Shown here: positions 26,461-41,012 of the stretch, one piece after another
Position numbering within the stretch: position 1 is the first letter of the stretch
How the letters are laid out: every line of letters starts with the position of its first letter
Assembly: GCF_001194135.2 (NCBI RefSeq)
Contig: NC_068986.1
Location: forward strand, 82,849,665-82,913,664
Direction: 5' to 3'
Length of the DNA: 64,000 bases
Source: Octopus bimaculoides
Taxonomy: Eukaryota
Translations under genes and position numbers: made by a program
Notes under the pieces: generated by a model
Databases searched by the model: none
Told to the model about the DNA's origin: nothing
Seen by the model: only the letters and a program-made list of their open reading frames with translations

Positions 26461-26966
26461 TGGTCTTCTGCATGGTTTCTGACTCGTAAATTCCACTCAC
26501 AGGATATTAGTCAATTCAAGGCTGAGCCAAGTTACTGTGCAGTGGGATTGATTTCCCTCATTCGTAACTGTTCCTATGATAGTTCCCTGAGGATTAAAGA
26601 TTCTAGCAGCTCTAAGTTCTGACATTTCTGCTACAGACTTAAATTCTATTTGCTGCTACAGACTTTTAATTCTTTTCACTGTAGACTTTTCACTNNNNNN
26701 NNNNNNNNNNNNNNNNNNNNNNNNNNNNNNNNNNNNNNNNNNNNNNNNNNNNNNNNNNNNNNNNNNNNNNNNNNNNNNNNNNNNNNNNAATTCTATTTGC
26801 TGCTACAGACTTTTAATTCTTTTCACTGTAGACTTTTCACTTTTTACGGACTCAAATTCTTTTTACTGTTGACTGGATTTAAATTTTGGTTACTATTTCT
26901 TTTAATGATGCCATTTACTAAACAACACAGTCATCAGTGACCTATTGACTTCGCTACTAATGCAAA

Positions 26967-27023
<57 letters not shown>

Positions 27024-27124
27024 NNNNNNNNNNNNNNNNNNNNNNNNNNNNNNNNNNNNNNNNNNNNNNNNNNNNNNNNNNNNNCTCTCTCTCTCTCTCT
27101 CCCCCTCTCTCTCTCTCTCTCTCT

Positions 27125-27156
<32 letters not shown>

Positions 27157-29394
27157 TCCTTGTTTATTATTTCTTGTGATGATGACACTTATTGGACAGT
27201 GATGTTATCTGTGTTTCATCAACCTATTGACTGCCTTACTACTGCAAACATTATTTCTCTATGTTCGAGGTTCACCTTGAACTGTGGTCTTCTTTCCTTC
27301 AGGGATCAATAGAATAAGTATGAGATTAATTAATTTGATTACACACTTCATATACCATTGTAGAATGTATATTCTTGTAGTATGCCAAACCATTAATGAT
27401 GCATTTTAGCCGCACACAGAGTTTTCTTAAATCAGTTAAGCTTTTACATTTACTTTTCTAAGAGGAAAATTCTGATGATTGCTTCCCACCCCTCACTCAT
27501 ATTTCACAACTCAGTTCTTTCATTACATAATGGTTTGCAGATTTCCTAACATTTAATTCACCATTCAGCATCTTAGAGTAATACTTACATGAACTAGCAA
27601 ACTTAGAAGTTTTCTATCCAAACTATAGATTTTAATTTGTACTATTAGCATAGGTGCACTGAACTATGTAATGGCAGGCTTGCATAAAAAGCACAAAACA
27701 AACCAACTCTTATCCTTCAAGTCCAAATGATTAGTGGTACAAACAAGCTTAGTAAAACATTTCAAAGATTCTGCATTTCCTGGAATGAACATATGTACAA
27801 GTCCTGTAAATACACATGATATAGACACTTACACACATACATAATTACAAACACGTGAATACATGTGTAGTAAATAGATTCTTTGTTACTCTCTCTACTA
27901 CCATCCTCTCACAACAATAAATCTTTTTCTTCCGTTATCCTCTTACCTGTCTTTTGCCTTATGAGCTACAAGGCCACTCCACTAGTGTTAGTACCACAAA
28001 AAAAAAAGCACCCATTACATCTGTAGATTGTTGGCAAACCAAATCAAGCAAATGCAACAGAGTATTTAAGATGGCTCTTTCATGTCGTGGATGACAAGGT
28101 AACCTCGAAAATGCTTGTGCTGCAAGAAAACAAAAGATACTTGCAATATACTTTGTAAAGTGGTTAGAAAGGGCATCCAGCCATAGAAACCATGCCAAAA
28201 CTGAAACACTGAAGCAAGATGTGGTTCACCAACCTGTCAGATCCTGTTGAACCATCCAAAGCATGCCCGCATGGAAAACAGAAATAAGACTATGATGATG
28301 ATGAGATATAAATAGAGGGTATATTAGAGATGTTGATTATGATATCAACAATATAGCTGAAGAAAATTATCTAAAGACACATAAAGTAAGGTCTCACATA
28401 TGTCACATAGTGAACTGAAAAAAACTTTCCTCAATTGAGATTAGCCAAGCAGTTTGTAGATGAAATCTCTCTCTTGAGTATTTAAAATCTAAAAAAAAAA
28501 ACAAGTGAGAAAGACAATTCAGATAATGTTAGATATTTGGATAACATACTCAAAGTAGATTGAAGTGGATCTGGTCTTTAAAGTCAACTGGTTATTAATA
28601 GCAACATGTTTAGTCTTATTACACCTCTTCAGTGTATTTGTATTTTCTATACAGATCTCTTCTCTCAGCTATATTTTTGATTTTCATAACCCATGTCACT
28701 TCATTTTCTCTACTATATACTTCTCTATGGGGGGGGGGAGCATACATGCAGAGTAGAGAGAGATATTGAGCTGCCAAGAGTGAGATCACTTAGTCTTGCA
28801 AACTGAATAGAATTCACAGATGAAGTTTAAATAGGTTGAAACATATGTTTTAATTTCACCAGCTGGCTTTAAATACCAAATTTGCTCCAAAAATTTCAAT
28901 CAACAACTTTTATTGGGGCTACCTCCCTTGCTTGTCAGTTTAATATTTTAAAAACCAGAGAGGGAGTTTTTGTCTCCTAATTGTTTGGCTAATTCAAGTT
29001 AAAGTTATTCAACTCACTGTATTACATATATGAGACCCTACCATATATCTATATAAATTTACTGTTTAGTTTTTATCTTTATTTATTTATTCAGGAAATT
29101 GTATAGAAGCAAATATTTTGTATTAAACCCTTTAAGTTATTCCAAGTTACAATATTTCATAAAATGGAATTTTTCCAACATTAGCAATTGTTGTGCCTTC
29201 ATCTTTGTTTACTTATAGATTGAACAATTCCTTAGAAATGTTTTTTTTTTCTATACATCATACATCACTTTACTGTGTTTTAGAAACAGAAGTAAGTGTC
29301 ACAACAGCAACGGTTCAATTCATTTCTATAGATTGTGTGTACAGCTGAGATCTATATTGACTTGAATGTATAATTAATTTTCAACAATGGCATC

Positions 29395-29467
29395 TTTGTT
29401 TTTTTTTTATAGGTATGTGTGTGTTAGTGAATGTTAAATGTAATTACCTTTTTAAATACAGGTGAGT
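29395..29467 (+). promoter_or_regulatory. Candidate AG|GT recursive splice site with a 49-nt downstream exon
   Basis: TCTTTGTTTTTTTTTTATAG|GTATGT at 29412/13 and CAG|GTGAGT at 29461/62. Confidence 0.35.
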
Positions 29468-31483
29468 AAATATGTCACCTAACAGGCTTTAGTTATTGTG
29501 TTTGGGGCTTGGATCTGTTGCTTCTGAACTAAATTAGTGAAATTATTAATAAAGAGCAATTGTGATATCCCTAGTCAAGAGTAACAGGTGTGTTGTATTC
29601 TATTGTTATATCATCCTGTTCTTTACTTAGTTTTAGCCATTATATCTAAGGCCATTTTGGAACATTCATCATTGATATCATGTATTGAAACAGTTGCTGT
29701 ACCTTCTCTACTTTACCTTTCTTTATTACAAATGTTATTTAGTCCCAGTTTAATCCTGATTGAGCAGACTCTCCAACCATAACCATCCTGTTTTTTGAGG
29801 TCATCTAGGACTATATTATTTTATGTGTCCTTCCCTTCTTTGTATGGTAGGTTTTGATTTAAGAGAAATTTGGCTGCTGCTTTCTATCCATTGGCTTGTA
29901 TAAAAGTTAGGCCCTCTGGCTTGAACGTCTGTTGCATTCCAGGCACCCACAATACCATATTAAGTCTTTGTTGTTGTTGTTGTTGTTGTTTAGCCCAAGG
30001 TCAGTCTTGATCCAGTAGGTTTATATTCAAACATGACCATTCAGTCTTCTTAAATTAAATCTCCAACTACAGTATGTAATATGTCCTAACCATATTAAAA
30101 CAATGAAATGTAATTTGACAGTAGTTTGGCTTCTAGTTCCATCAAACTGAGTGACTATGTGGAGGTTCCCTTGTTGGGCCATGTTCAGTGTAGTTGTTGT
30201 TGGTGGTGATGGTCATGGTGCAGTCAAGTACATTTCCTAAATAAATCAACTTTGTAGTTTTCATAAAATATAAGCAGGTCTACATAGAATATATGGCCAA
30301 GCAACATTCTTGGGACAGGCTTTCTTCTAACTTGTTACTAAATATTTAATCATACTAATCTAAGGAACATGGTTCATAGTCTGATGGCCTTAAGATCTCC
30401 ATAACAAAATCGAAATTGAAAATAACACCAACAAAATTGCAAGTTATCTTTTTTTCATGTGCAAACTTGACTGTTTGAAGCAGGAGAAAGGAAAGTGAAG
30501 TTGCATGATTGTGAGGTAACAAGTTATTGAATATGAAGCATAAAAAGAAACAAGAGTGTAATCTGTTATATATGTATTGTTAATCTATGACAGAGAGAGA
30601 GAGAGAGAGGTTAGGCATTAAAGATACCTCTATGTGTAGGAGAAATACTTGCACTGATATATACATATTGTACTCATATAAATTTGATTGGATGTGTTGA
30701 TTTTTCATGTGCAATCTATTAGAAGGGTTGCTGTCCTAGTTTTTTTTTTTTTTTAACATTTCTGGGCAACATCAGTCATGTCAGTTTGGGCAGACAACCC
30801 TCACAACATCTATGCACTGTTACCTCAGCCTATACCTCTATTTGCTTATGTGAAATATACTACATGTATATGATATAGAATATTTTCATAGCCTTAGCTT
30901 TTTTGCTGAAGTTATGGTCTTCATAGAATGTGAATTTTTTTTTTTTTTTGGGGGGGGGGGGTTATGTATTGAATAAATTCAAAGAAGTGCATAGATGATT
31001 GAAACCACTCAAACAATTAATGAAATATATATAAAAAACAGTCAAGTATACTTTACATATGATGTGTTTGTTTTCTAATTTACTGTCACCCACTTACGTT
31101 ATTATCAAAGTTAACAAATTTCCTCATTGTTATGTCATCTCAGATTCTCAATCGTATTTCACTTGTTTCATTTTCTAAAGATTCTTCCATATGTATATGC
31201 TTTCTTAATGCTTAATACCTGTCCATTCTATAATGTTACTTCCATTTCATGCAGCATTGCATTTGTATACATGAATCACACAATCTACTCTTTACTCTGA
31301 GGAAGAGGCCTTTTGTTGCCAGCAGAGCTAATAGCTCCCAGAATTTTTCCACCCTGTTTTTAATCTATTTTGCATTTAGAACAACCACCACCACTGCTAA
31401 CTAGATCACTTAGGTAGCAAAATCTGCCAAATTGTCAATTCTAGTGAGCCAACTGAGCATATGATAGTCTCATAGCTTCAAGA

Positions 31484-31612
31484 TTTTGATGATGTGTTTG
31501 TCTATTTTTATAATGACATTATTTGGTAGGTGTGAGAAGTTAGAGCTGACCAGTTTGAACATAAAACAGGTAGAATTTTGGGGCTGGATATGGTCATTTA
31601 AATGCCAAAGGG
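31484..31612. mobile_element. Partial piggyBac-type MITE (right half)
   Basis: Colinear with 62300-62434, ending AATGCCAAAGGG-TTAA. Confidence 0.7.
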
Positions 31613-32441
31613 TTAATTCTAGATATTGCTTCTACAATTGGAATTTCATCTCTAGACCCACCACTGATCCAACTGGAAGAGCTAGGTTATCAGCATACAG
31701 GAGTTCCCATGGGCATCCGGTCTTAAACTCATCTGTTATATCTTGGAGGACTATAATGACACCCATCACTATCTACCTCCATTATTATTGATGCTCTTTT
31801 TACTCTCTCTGCCTGCACCACCCTCCCACTTCAATTCCCTCCTCTTTAACATCATACTCTTGCTCCCTTCACTCCACCCCATTCTGATTTTCTTTGCTCA
31901 TCATCCACATATTTGTTCATCTCCATTCTTTGTTACATTCTCTTGGGTAAATGAACACATTGTGGAGTGATGGGGACTCTTTAATTTTTATGGACTACAA
32001 GATAACCTCATTCCCAGTATATTCTGTATGCTGTTGGTGATAAGAAGGATATCCATCCATAGAAAGCAAACCAAAATTGAAATGTATGAGCAAGACATGG
32101 TATTCTGACCTAGCTATAAGAGCTATGGCTCCCAATAAGAACTGACTCAAGACCATGATGATCCATCTGACCTATGCCAGCATAGAAAGCAGATGTAAAA
32201 TGATAATATGTATATTTGTGTGTATTCAGTCAAAGGAAGTATACATTTTTTGAGGACCTGCTGTAAATATGTAATATCATATATATCTATAAATAGAGAT
32301 GTGTTTGTATGTACAATATCACAATACTATACAGTTATACACACTGTATGTTAGTGTATGTATGATACTGTACAACTGTTTGTATGACACTGTACAACTG
32401 TACAGTATTATGCAAACAGTATGGTTCAGTATTGTCTAACA

Positions 32442-32677
32442 CAGTGGTTCCCAAACTCTTTTGGGCTGACACTCCCTTGCCTCCCATGTCACATTCCTAG
32501 CGCCTCTGACCACTCACCAACACCACAAACAAGACCACTTTTCTTCAACTTAACCTAATTTTACATCCACTACTCTATTTGGCCACCCATTATCACCCCA
32601 CTTTTCTTCAATGCAGCCCCACTGGATCTTTCCACCATGCCCAGAGGGGGCAGTAACACTTACTTTGGGAGCCACTG
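32442..32677. mobile_element. hAT MITE
   Basis: TIRs CAGTGGTTCCCAAA / TTTGGGAGCCACTG; perfect 8-bp TSD GTCTAACA (32434-32441, 32678-32685). Confidence 0.9.
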
Positions 32678-35600
32678 GTCTAACAATACAAAATGTGAAT
32701 GTCTCCAAAACAGTGTAGAAGCCTGTTTCAGTTATGATGACTTTATCAAACTACAACAAATGAATGTTTTAATGAGATGGTAACAGTAAAATTGTGGCTT
32801 TCACCAACATTTGTAATGTCAGAGTTTGTCACAGAATATTTGTTATTGTTTAACGCCAGGTCTGCCCTGATCAGGATGAATGTATGATCAAAAGCATTCC
32901 TTAGTTGTGACCATCTCATCTTTTTAAGGATATACAGGTTTTCATTATCTAATGTGTCCTCATATATAAGGTGATTGGGGGAATTTTGGTTTCTAATTTC
33001 TAACAGGTTTAACAACCACGTAGAGGCTCTCTCTCTTTGGCTAATTATCAGTGAAAGTGGATTTGCTACGAATATATTTACTTTACATTATCATTGTTAC
33101 TTTACAAGTAAAGCTATCTTTGAAATTAAGATTTTCTATCAGCTTTGAGGTGAAGATATGAGTGAAATTATTTGCAACTCTGTGTTCAAAATCTGTTTTT
33201 GTATGCCTGCTGTTATGTAGTTATGCAACTCATTCACAGTCAGTGTTTGCTTTTATATAGTCAGATAACTACCATTTCACAAGGAAGTGAGAGTTGTTTT
33301 TACTTGAAATTTTCAACTCTAGGTGACATATACCTAATTTAAATTGAGACTTTTGTTCTCTGTTGTACATTTATGTACAACTGAAAACAAGCAAGATTAG
33401 GCTTCTATCTAACTTATTAATCTATTTGTTTTGTTTTGTTTTTTATATTGCATATATGTTGTTTTTACTGTTTGTTTGGAGGATAAACCTATAACTTACC
33501 ATTGACATTATGTGACAAACAACTTCAGATAGCCAACTGAAAATAGAACCTATTAAATCACAATCTTTTTTTTTTTTTGCCATCATATTTTATATGGTGA
33601 GTATAACAGCTTTGATTAATCAAAACTAAACCTATAATGAGGTGACGTAAACATTAGTGAACAGTGTTTAACTAAACCAAACACAAGCAAGGAAGACAAT
33701 TCAAAATCAAAATTTTGTTTAATTACTTGAAATACTATTCAACATATCACTTTAGTAACAAAATGTTTCCAAACCTTTTGTCTTCATGCCATTTTCAAGA
33801 TCCTGCTCAACATTACCACCATATCTATCTTACATATAAATGTAGCTGCCACATTTATAAATAACCCTCTCACACCACATTTTTTTATCATCCCACTGCT
33901 ATCACAACTATAAATAGTAGTGAGTTTAACTCTGATCCCTGATGCACTCCAACCTTCACTTCAAACTCATCACTGTTCGCATTCTTTTACTGCAGAACTG
34001 TTCTCTCTCATATGACAGCATTACTATTATAACCTACCATTCCTATACACCTAACTCCCTTAATGCCCATATCAGTACTTCACAAAGGAACCCTATCAGA
34101 GTTTTTCTCCAGATCAACAAATGTAAGAAACAACTTCATCTTGTCTTTGTACTGCTGCTATAATTGTTTTATAATAAAAATTATATGTACATGTGTTGTG
34201 AGTGTATATATGCTCGGGTCTGTATGTGTATCTATACATACACACACAAGTGTGTTGAGGCAGTTTGCATACATAAGTTCATGGGATATATGCAGTTTGT
34301 CCTTTCTATTCTTCATAGTCTTTCAACTAATCCTGTACATTGACTACTGTATTCCAGTAATCTCACTATTCTGGAAGGTTCAGTGATGTTTCACACAGAA
34401 CTAGGTTGATGTCATTTTAACTTGACTTTAATTAGAAATTCTTTACAAACAAATTAAAGTTGATAACTTCCTCCACTGTCTCTATCTCAGTTTTCACAGG
34501 TCATGTTGACCAAGTTTACAGAGACCATTATCCCCACCCACCCTCTAGTATTGTCTGTAATACTTCTTCCTGACTCTGTTTATACTAATGACATCAAAGA
34601 ACGAACATACATTATCAGCCTAGCCTAGCTCTTGATCTTTATATATATATTTATATATGTGTGTATATATATATATTGTGCATGTGTGTTTGTGTGTGTT
34701 TTTATTTCTATTTTATTTCTCATAACTTGGTAACATTTGCCAGGTTCATCATTTCCATTCTGACATTTGCTGTAGTTATAGGCCTCATTCTGGTATTTGC
34801 CTGACTTACAAACCCCATTCTGCTGTTTGGTTGTTAGAAACTTCATTCCAATATTTACTGCAGTTACAAGCCCCCAAACCTGATATATGCATGTAGTTAC
34901 AGTCAACATGCTAACTTGAAGCCATGCTAATAAGAGCATCTCAAACTCTAGATAATCAGAAAACAGGATCAGGCAAGAATTCTGTATCATGTAGTCAGTA
35001 CAATGAAAGAAGGGCAAGGTGGACTCTGATAGATTGATACTAAATTAAAACTGAACTAACATCATTAACTGTTAACTTATTTAAGTGATATCCTTATTAT
35101 CGATAAGTGTATTATGTGATAACATTGCAATTTTGATTTAATATTAATGTAAGACATTCTGTTTGTGATGGTAATAAGCACCTTACTGAAAAAAAGTTAG
35201 ACTTGTACATGTCAGACAACATTATTAGTATCAGAATCGTTAGCACATGGGACAAAATGCTTAGCAGCTTTTTGTCCAACTTAATGCTCTGAGTTCAAAC
35301 TCTGCCAAGGTCAGCTTTGCTTTTCGTCCATTTAGGCTTGGTAAAATTCCAGTTGAACACAAAATTACTGACTTTGTGCCAAAGTTTGAAACCATTATTA
35401 TTATTATGTTATCCATTTTTACAAGCAGTAGTTGTTTACCTGTAGCAGCCATCTTTAGGGAGATACATATTAGCACATGTGCATAGATTTTTGCCAGACC
35501 TGTGTAAAGACATCAAAAAGCAAATGCAGTTCACTTGAATTTTGAATTTCTTTGGGAATATATTATTTTAAAAATTTTATCTGAAGTATTTATTTTCCTA

Positions 35601-36219
35601 TAAAATCTCTTTCCATCTGATGCAAGTACTGTGCCTGTACTTAAATGTTTTTCATACATTCAACAGATTCTGTGGTTTTAATATCAATTACAAAATAGTT
35701 TTAGTAATAATTTAACAAATGGACTGCAGTATGTAATTATTTGGTTTATGGCGCAATTGAAAGAAAGAGCTAGCTTAATGTTTATATGCAATGTGTCTTT
35801 CTGATCTCACTGCTCCTACCCACCTCAGCCACTACTTCTTAATGTCATACTTGATTTGTTTCCTTGACAAACCATCATGTATGTAAGGGTGTGACATGCA
35901 CACACACACACACACACAAGCACACACTCGTATATGTGACTTTTTCTCCTCTTCAGCCTCCCAAACAAAGACTCTTAAGAACTTTTTGGTGCCTAGACGG
36001 ACATCTTTTCTCTTCTCACAAATACCTGGCCCTAGTTGTTTAGTGATCAAAGGTAACAGTAAATCATTGAGTGGAAATATTTGGACATAAGCAAGAGCCC
36101 ATCGCCAGTTAGCAAACATTTGCACAAACTTTCTTTTTTGGTGCTGAAAACTGTCACCTAGCTATCCAATTACTCTTCCTATCAAGTCCACGACTTTAGA
36201 GCAGCCACAATGAGAAACC

Positions 36220-36540
36220 CTTAGAAATTAAGCATATACTGATGATTTTGTCCTTATAGCTGAATCTGTAGTAAGATGAGAGAAGGCATAAAAGGAAAAC
36301 TTGGAATCAAAGGGCTTCAAAGTTAATTGAACAAAGTATTAGTAAGCAAGAAATTAGATAGGGCCCTGCTACCATTAGGGAAATGGCCTTGCTCAGTATG
36401 TAGAAAAGAAGTAAGTAGAAATTCAAAACAGTGTGCCCAATGCAAACTATGGATACACAAATAGTACAGTGGAATTATGGGCAGATGCACAAGCACAATA
36501 AATACTAAGAACACAGGAAATATATTTTCTGAGGTGCCCC
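36220..36540 (+). mobile_element. RTE LINE RT remnant including the Cys-rich module
   Basis: YTDDFVLIAES..KENLESKGFKVN..GKWPCSVCRKEVSRNSKQCAQCKLWIHK. Confidence 0.75.
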
Positions 36541-37977
36541 AGGAGGATCCTTAGTGTCGGTAGTATACTCAACCACTTATACATTCATTTACCAAGTAGT
36601 TAACTCAGTTGATCAAACAACTAACTATCCATTTTTAAAACTGACGGAGGACCCACTACTATCATCATCTTCATCATCATGTTTGTGTTTATTGTTGTGT
36701 ATTTTGACTATGTTATACAACTGCTTCACTGACCACAGTCATGGATCTATGGACACTATATTTTGTTCACACTCATAGCACCAACACTAGTGAAGTTGCA
36801 ATGTAGCTCACAAGACCGAGATTCCTTTTGACTGAATGGGGCTACAATAAAGAGAGAGAGGTATTAGCTTTATGCTAGGAGATGAAAGGTTAAAGTATGA
36901 AAGAACCCCAATCACCCACCCCCACTCCACCCTTCACTCTTCCGGAACAGGTTGCTTGCAGTAGAAGAAATACATGGCTTCTCACATTATTCAAGAGTGG
37001 GTAGGAGTAATTGGGTTGAAGCTGGAAAGTGAGATAAGGGTGGTGCTGTCAAAAGTGTCAGGATGAACTCTGGCAGCAGCAGAACTGAAAGAATGACTGA
37101 GTAGAGGTTGCAAGAGGCTGGAGAGAGAAGAATGATTAGAAATGGAATCAAAGTGCGAATATACTAAATGATAAACAAGGGTTGAAGCAGCGAGAGTTGA
37201 TGATAAATATGAGTTGGATGGAAAGTAAGGAAGAGTAGATGATGTTTAGAAATTGAGAAGAGTATAAGAGGTAAATGTAGTATTAGGTCAAGAGGTTATC
37301 AGTGTTACATATGAGTTGTAGAGGTGTTGTAGGTGCTGATTGGCAGTACAGGCGGGTGAAGAGCATCAGAAGAATAACAATTCAGTAGACAGGAGAGTTA
37401 TGAGAGAAAAGGAAATGATGTGTAGCTGGGTAGGTTGCAAAAGCTTAAGAAGAGAGAAACATAATGCATAGGGAGAGTGAGTGATGTATGGTGATTGCCT
37501 TTCCGTGCTGACACGTATAGAACAGAACTCTTTGAGGTAGTGTTTTATGGCCAGATGCTCTTCTTGATGCTAAGCCTTTTAGTCATCTTTTACAACACAC
37601 AGCGATATGGTGTGCCTATTCTAAAAGCAAAGACACACACACACACACGTGTGTGAATACATACACATATATATCATCATGCACATTCAGAGACATAATA
37701 TAATATGCATATGGCAACAGGGAAATTATAAATAGGAACCGAGTTAAAATATGCAATCCTGTTTTCAAGTTGGTTTCCAAAGAATTTCAGGCAATAAGCC
37801 AGTTGTTGTTAGACTGCTTGGAGCAATCTCTATCATTAATCAATCAATGAGCATTGATGACAGCCTTACCATTATGTATTGACATGGAATGCCAGCCTGA
37901 TAGAGGCTACTTTGGCTGGCAGCAATTGTATTTTATGTTTAGTTCTTCTCTGTCCATTCATTGTCTAAAGAATAGTC

Positions 37978-38010
<33 letters not shown>

Positions 38011-38220
38011 AAATAAACATACACAAACACTATATATATATATATATACATACAGTCTTTATCTTACTTTCTCTTTGTCTTTCCCATCCTCTATCCATTC
38101 TTAACATTTGGTCAGTTTTCTTCCATTTGTCCCCATCATATTTCTATAAACTTTTACTATTTTTAGACTTATCTTTCATACAGAATCTATATTTTCCTCA
38201 TTTTTCATTTTCTTTGATTT

Positions 38221-38272
<52 letters not shown>

Positions 38273-39229
38273 AGGTTTTGGCTATGATATGATCCAATGC
38301 AGTATTGGCTGGCATTGTTCCATGACTAGCTACTCAAACGACACACCAACAACATTTATCAATAATGGTATTTCTGTAGATGATCTGAGTGAAGTATTCT
38401 CAGATACTGATTCCTTTCTTACTTGGAGCTAATTTTTGTCTGACAAGCAAGAAATGATTCTGTAGATGGGGGGAGGGGGTCATTTCAGCAATCAAATCAT
38501 TTCATTTGAATTTCAGTGTAAGACATTTCATAAGTGATTAATTTGATAATTAGAATCTGGTGAGAGTGTACAGCCTGTTTGGTGGCACTGTAATCTGTAT
38601 GGTTACACTGTGCTGTCAATATGGTGACATCATTTAGTACAATGTTAAAATCCATCATCTTGTATGTGTCACATTTCTTTCTCTTCTCAGTTGCTAACAC
38701 CCCAATAGTCTTTGCTTATTCTCTCTATCTCACACAAACATACATGTGGTGACTTCTACTCAGGAGTACACAATGTAGACCCTTTGCTATTTAGACTAGA
38801 CTCTTTGCTGTGTGGTTTGCTTCCCAGCTGCATGTTTTGGGATTCAGTCCCATTCCATGGCACCTTGGGCATGTGTCTTCTACTGTAGCTCTAAGCCAGT
38901 CAAATCTTTGTGAGTAGATCCAGTTGGCAGAAACTGAAAGAAGCTCCTTTTGTGTGCCTCTGTGTGTGTGTGTGTGTCTGCTTGTATCTTTGTCTTGACA
39001 TGATGTCACAGTGTTAGTAAGCACTACTATCATGCTATCATGCAAGCAGTGTGTTTCTTTTACAATCTTTCATGAAAATATATTACCTTGCTTTAAAACG
39101 TGTAAAAATTCAGGTATTTGACCATGGGAAATCTGTCTGACCAATACAAGCATGGAAAATGAACATCAAAAATGATGATGATGATGATGTATCTCTCAGT
39201 CTATGTCACTCCCACCACTTTGTAATTTT

Positions 39230-39760
39230 CAGTTCACCATGCTTCCACTGCTGGAGCAGTCTTTTTTGGCCAGATCATCTTCAATAATGTGAATTGCCAA
39301 TCAATATAGTCTTTTATCTTTTCCTGCATGTAATACAACCTCTTGAGATCAGTCTTCACCACTTCATCAAAAGTCTTTCTTCATTTCCCTCCACTACAGA
39401 CTATATTTAATTTGAGCATATGACACTTCTTTATACAGTTGTCTTTATCTATAAATATCACATGCCTGTACCAGCACAGCTGTCTTTCTTACACACTACA
39501 TCTGATTTTTATTATATCCATTTTTTTTCTCAACTTATTCAGTTACTCCATCATACCTGCACACTAACATTACACATCCAGTGCAGCATGCTTGTTTCAT
39601 TCCTTTCTAGTCTCCACAAATCTTCTGCATTCAAAACCCATCTTGCACTGCCATGCAGCAGTGCACTTTGTGTATAAGCATTGTACAATCTGCCCTTTTC
39701 TATGAGGGAAACGCTTTTTGTTGCCAATTAGAGTTAATAACTCCCAGAGCTTTTTCGACA
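39230..39760 (-). mobile_element. RTE LINE ORF2 C-terminal remnant
   Basis: KGRLYNAYTQSALLHGSARWVLNAEDLWRLERNETSMLHWMCNVSV. Confidence 0.75.
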
Positions 39761-40026
39761 CTCTCCTTACATTGGGTACTATACTCTAACACTCATTATT
39801 AGTGCTAATTTGTTCACCTAGATAATATATATATATATATGTGTGTGTGTAGAGTGTTAGGTGTGATGTACAGAATTAAATATTGAAAAAAAGTCGTCAG
39901 AATTTTGGAATAACTTCTTTCATTTATTTTATACATATATTAGCGCTTTCGTTCATCTTTCGAACTTATCAAATATAATTCTGTGAAAATACAGAGATCT
40001 TACTTATTTATATAAAACACGTGTTT

Positions 40027-40041
40027 TATATATATATATAT

Positions 40042-40106
<65 letters not shown>

Positions 40107-40130
40107 AGAGAGAGAGAGAGAGAGAGAGAG
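40027..40130. repeat. Compound (TA)n-(GA)n microsatellite
   Basis: Direct reading; other (TA)n tracts at ~21790-21831 and 23452-23499. Confidence 0.95.
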
Positions 40131-40595
40131 CTTCACACATAGTTTACTGTTTTTTACATCCACTTTTTTTTCTATTCAGGCAAATGTTTAATGAACCTTA
40201 ATAGTATTTTATGGTTGGATACCCTTCCTGTTTCAACACTGAGTTGTATTTCAGGTCAGATATTTTTATTCCTTTCTTCACAAGAAACCGACAAGTCACA
40301 GGATCTAGTGTTTACAGGTGACATAAACAACTGCAACGTTGACTCAGTGTCAGTGGGGAAACACATGGAAGACAAACATACACACACACAAACTCACTCA
40401 CACCCACACACACATACATGTGTGTGTAAGCATATGCATACAATAGGCTTCTGTACTGTTTCCATCTACTAATTTGGTACATACACACACACTATAGGTG
40501 CATGTATATTTACACTAAGATATACATACAGACACAGGTACATTCTCTCTTTCTCTCTTCCCACCCTTTCTCTCTCTCTCTCTCTCTCTCTCTCC

Positions 40596-40660
<65 letters not shown>

Positions 40661-41012
40661 ATCCCCAATTGGAGACTCAAACTCTGAGTGGTGTATTAAG
40701 TACATCTGTAATACTGGTTGTTTTGGTGTGATTTACATTGTTACATTGCTCTCCCATACTCCTGCTGAGTATATATCACATTGTCAATCTGTCCGACACC
40801 TTGAAAGGTTTATACTTGCTGTCCAGTTATCATTAGCTTCAATTGATGCTCCTGCAGTTCCATATTTTTCACCCCCATTACAAATACTTTCTCGTTCATT
40901 CTACAACCAGAACAAAGTTACCTTTGTGCCAAATAATGTTGTAAAATTTAAACTTTGAATGAAACATACAAAAGCTGGATTTAAATTTAAAACACACACA
41001 CACACAGCCTTG

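Noticed and set aside
26641-26840. ~53-bp direct repeat on either side of an N-gap
   Set aside because: Identical sequence abutting both gap edges is the signature of unmerged overlapping contig ends.
34625-35017. 130-aa minus-strand ORF with KCQNG-like periodicity as a possible exon
   Set aside because: It runs into a microsatellite, splice signals are weak and there is no recognisable domain.
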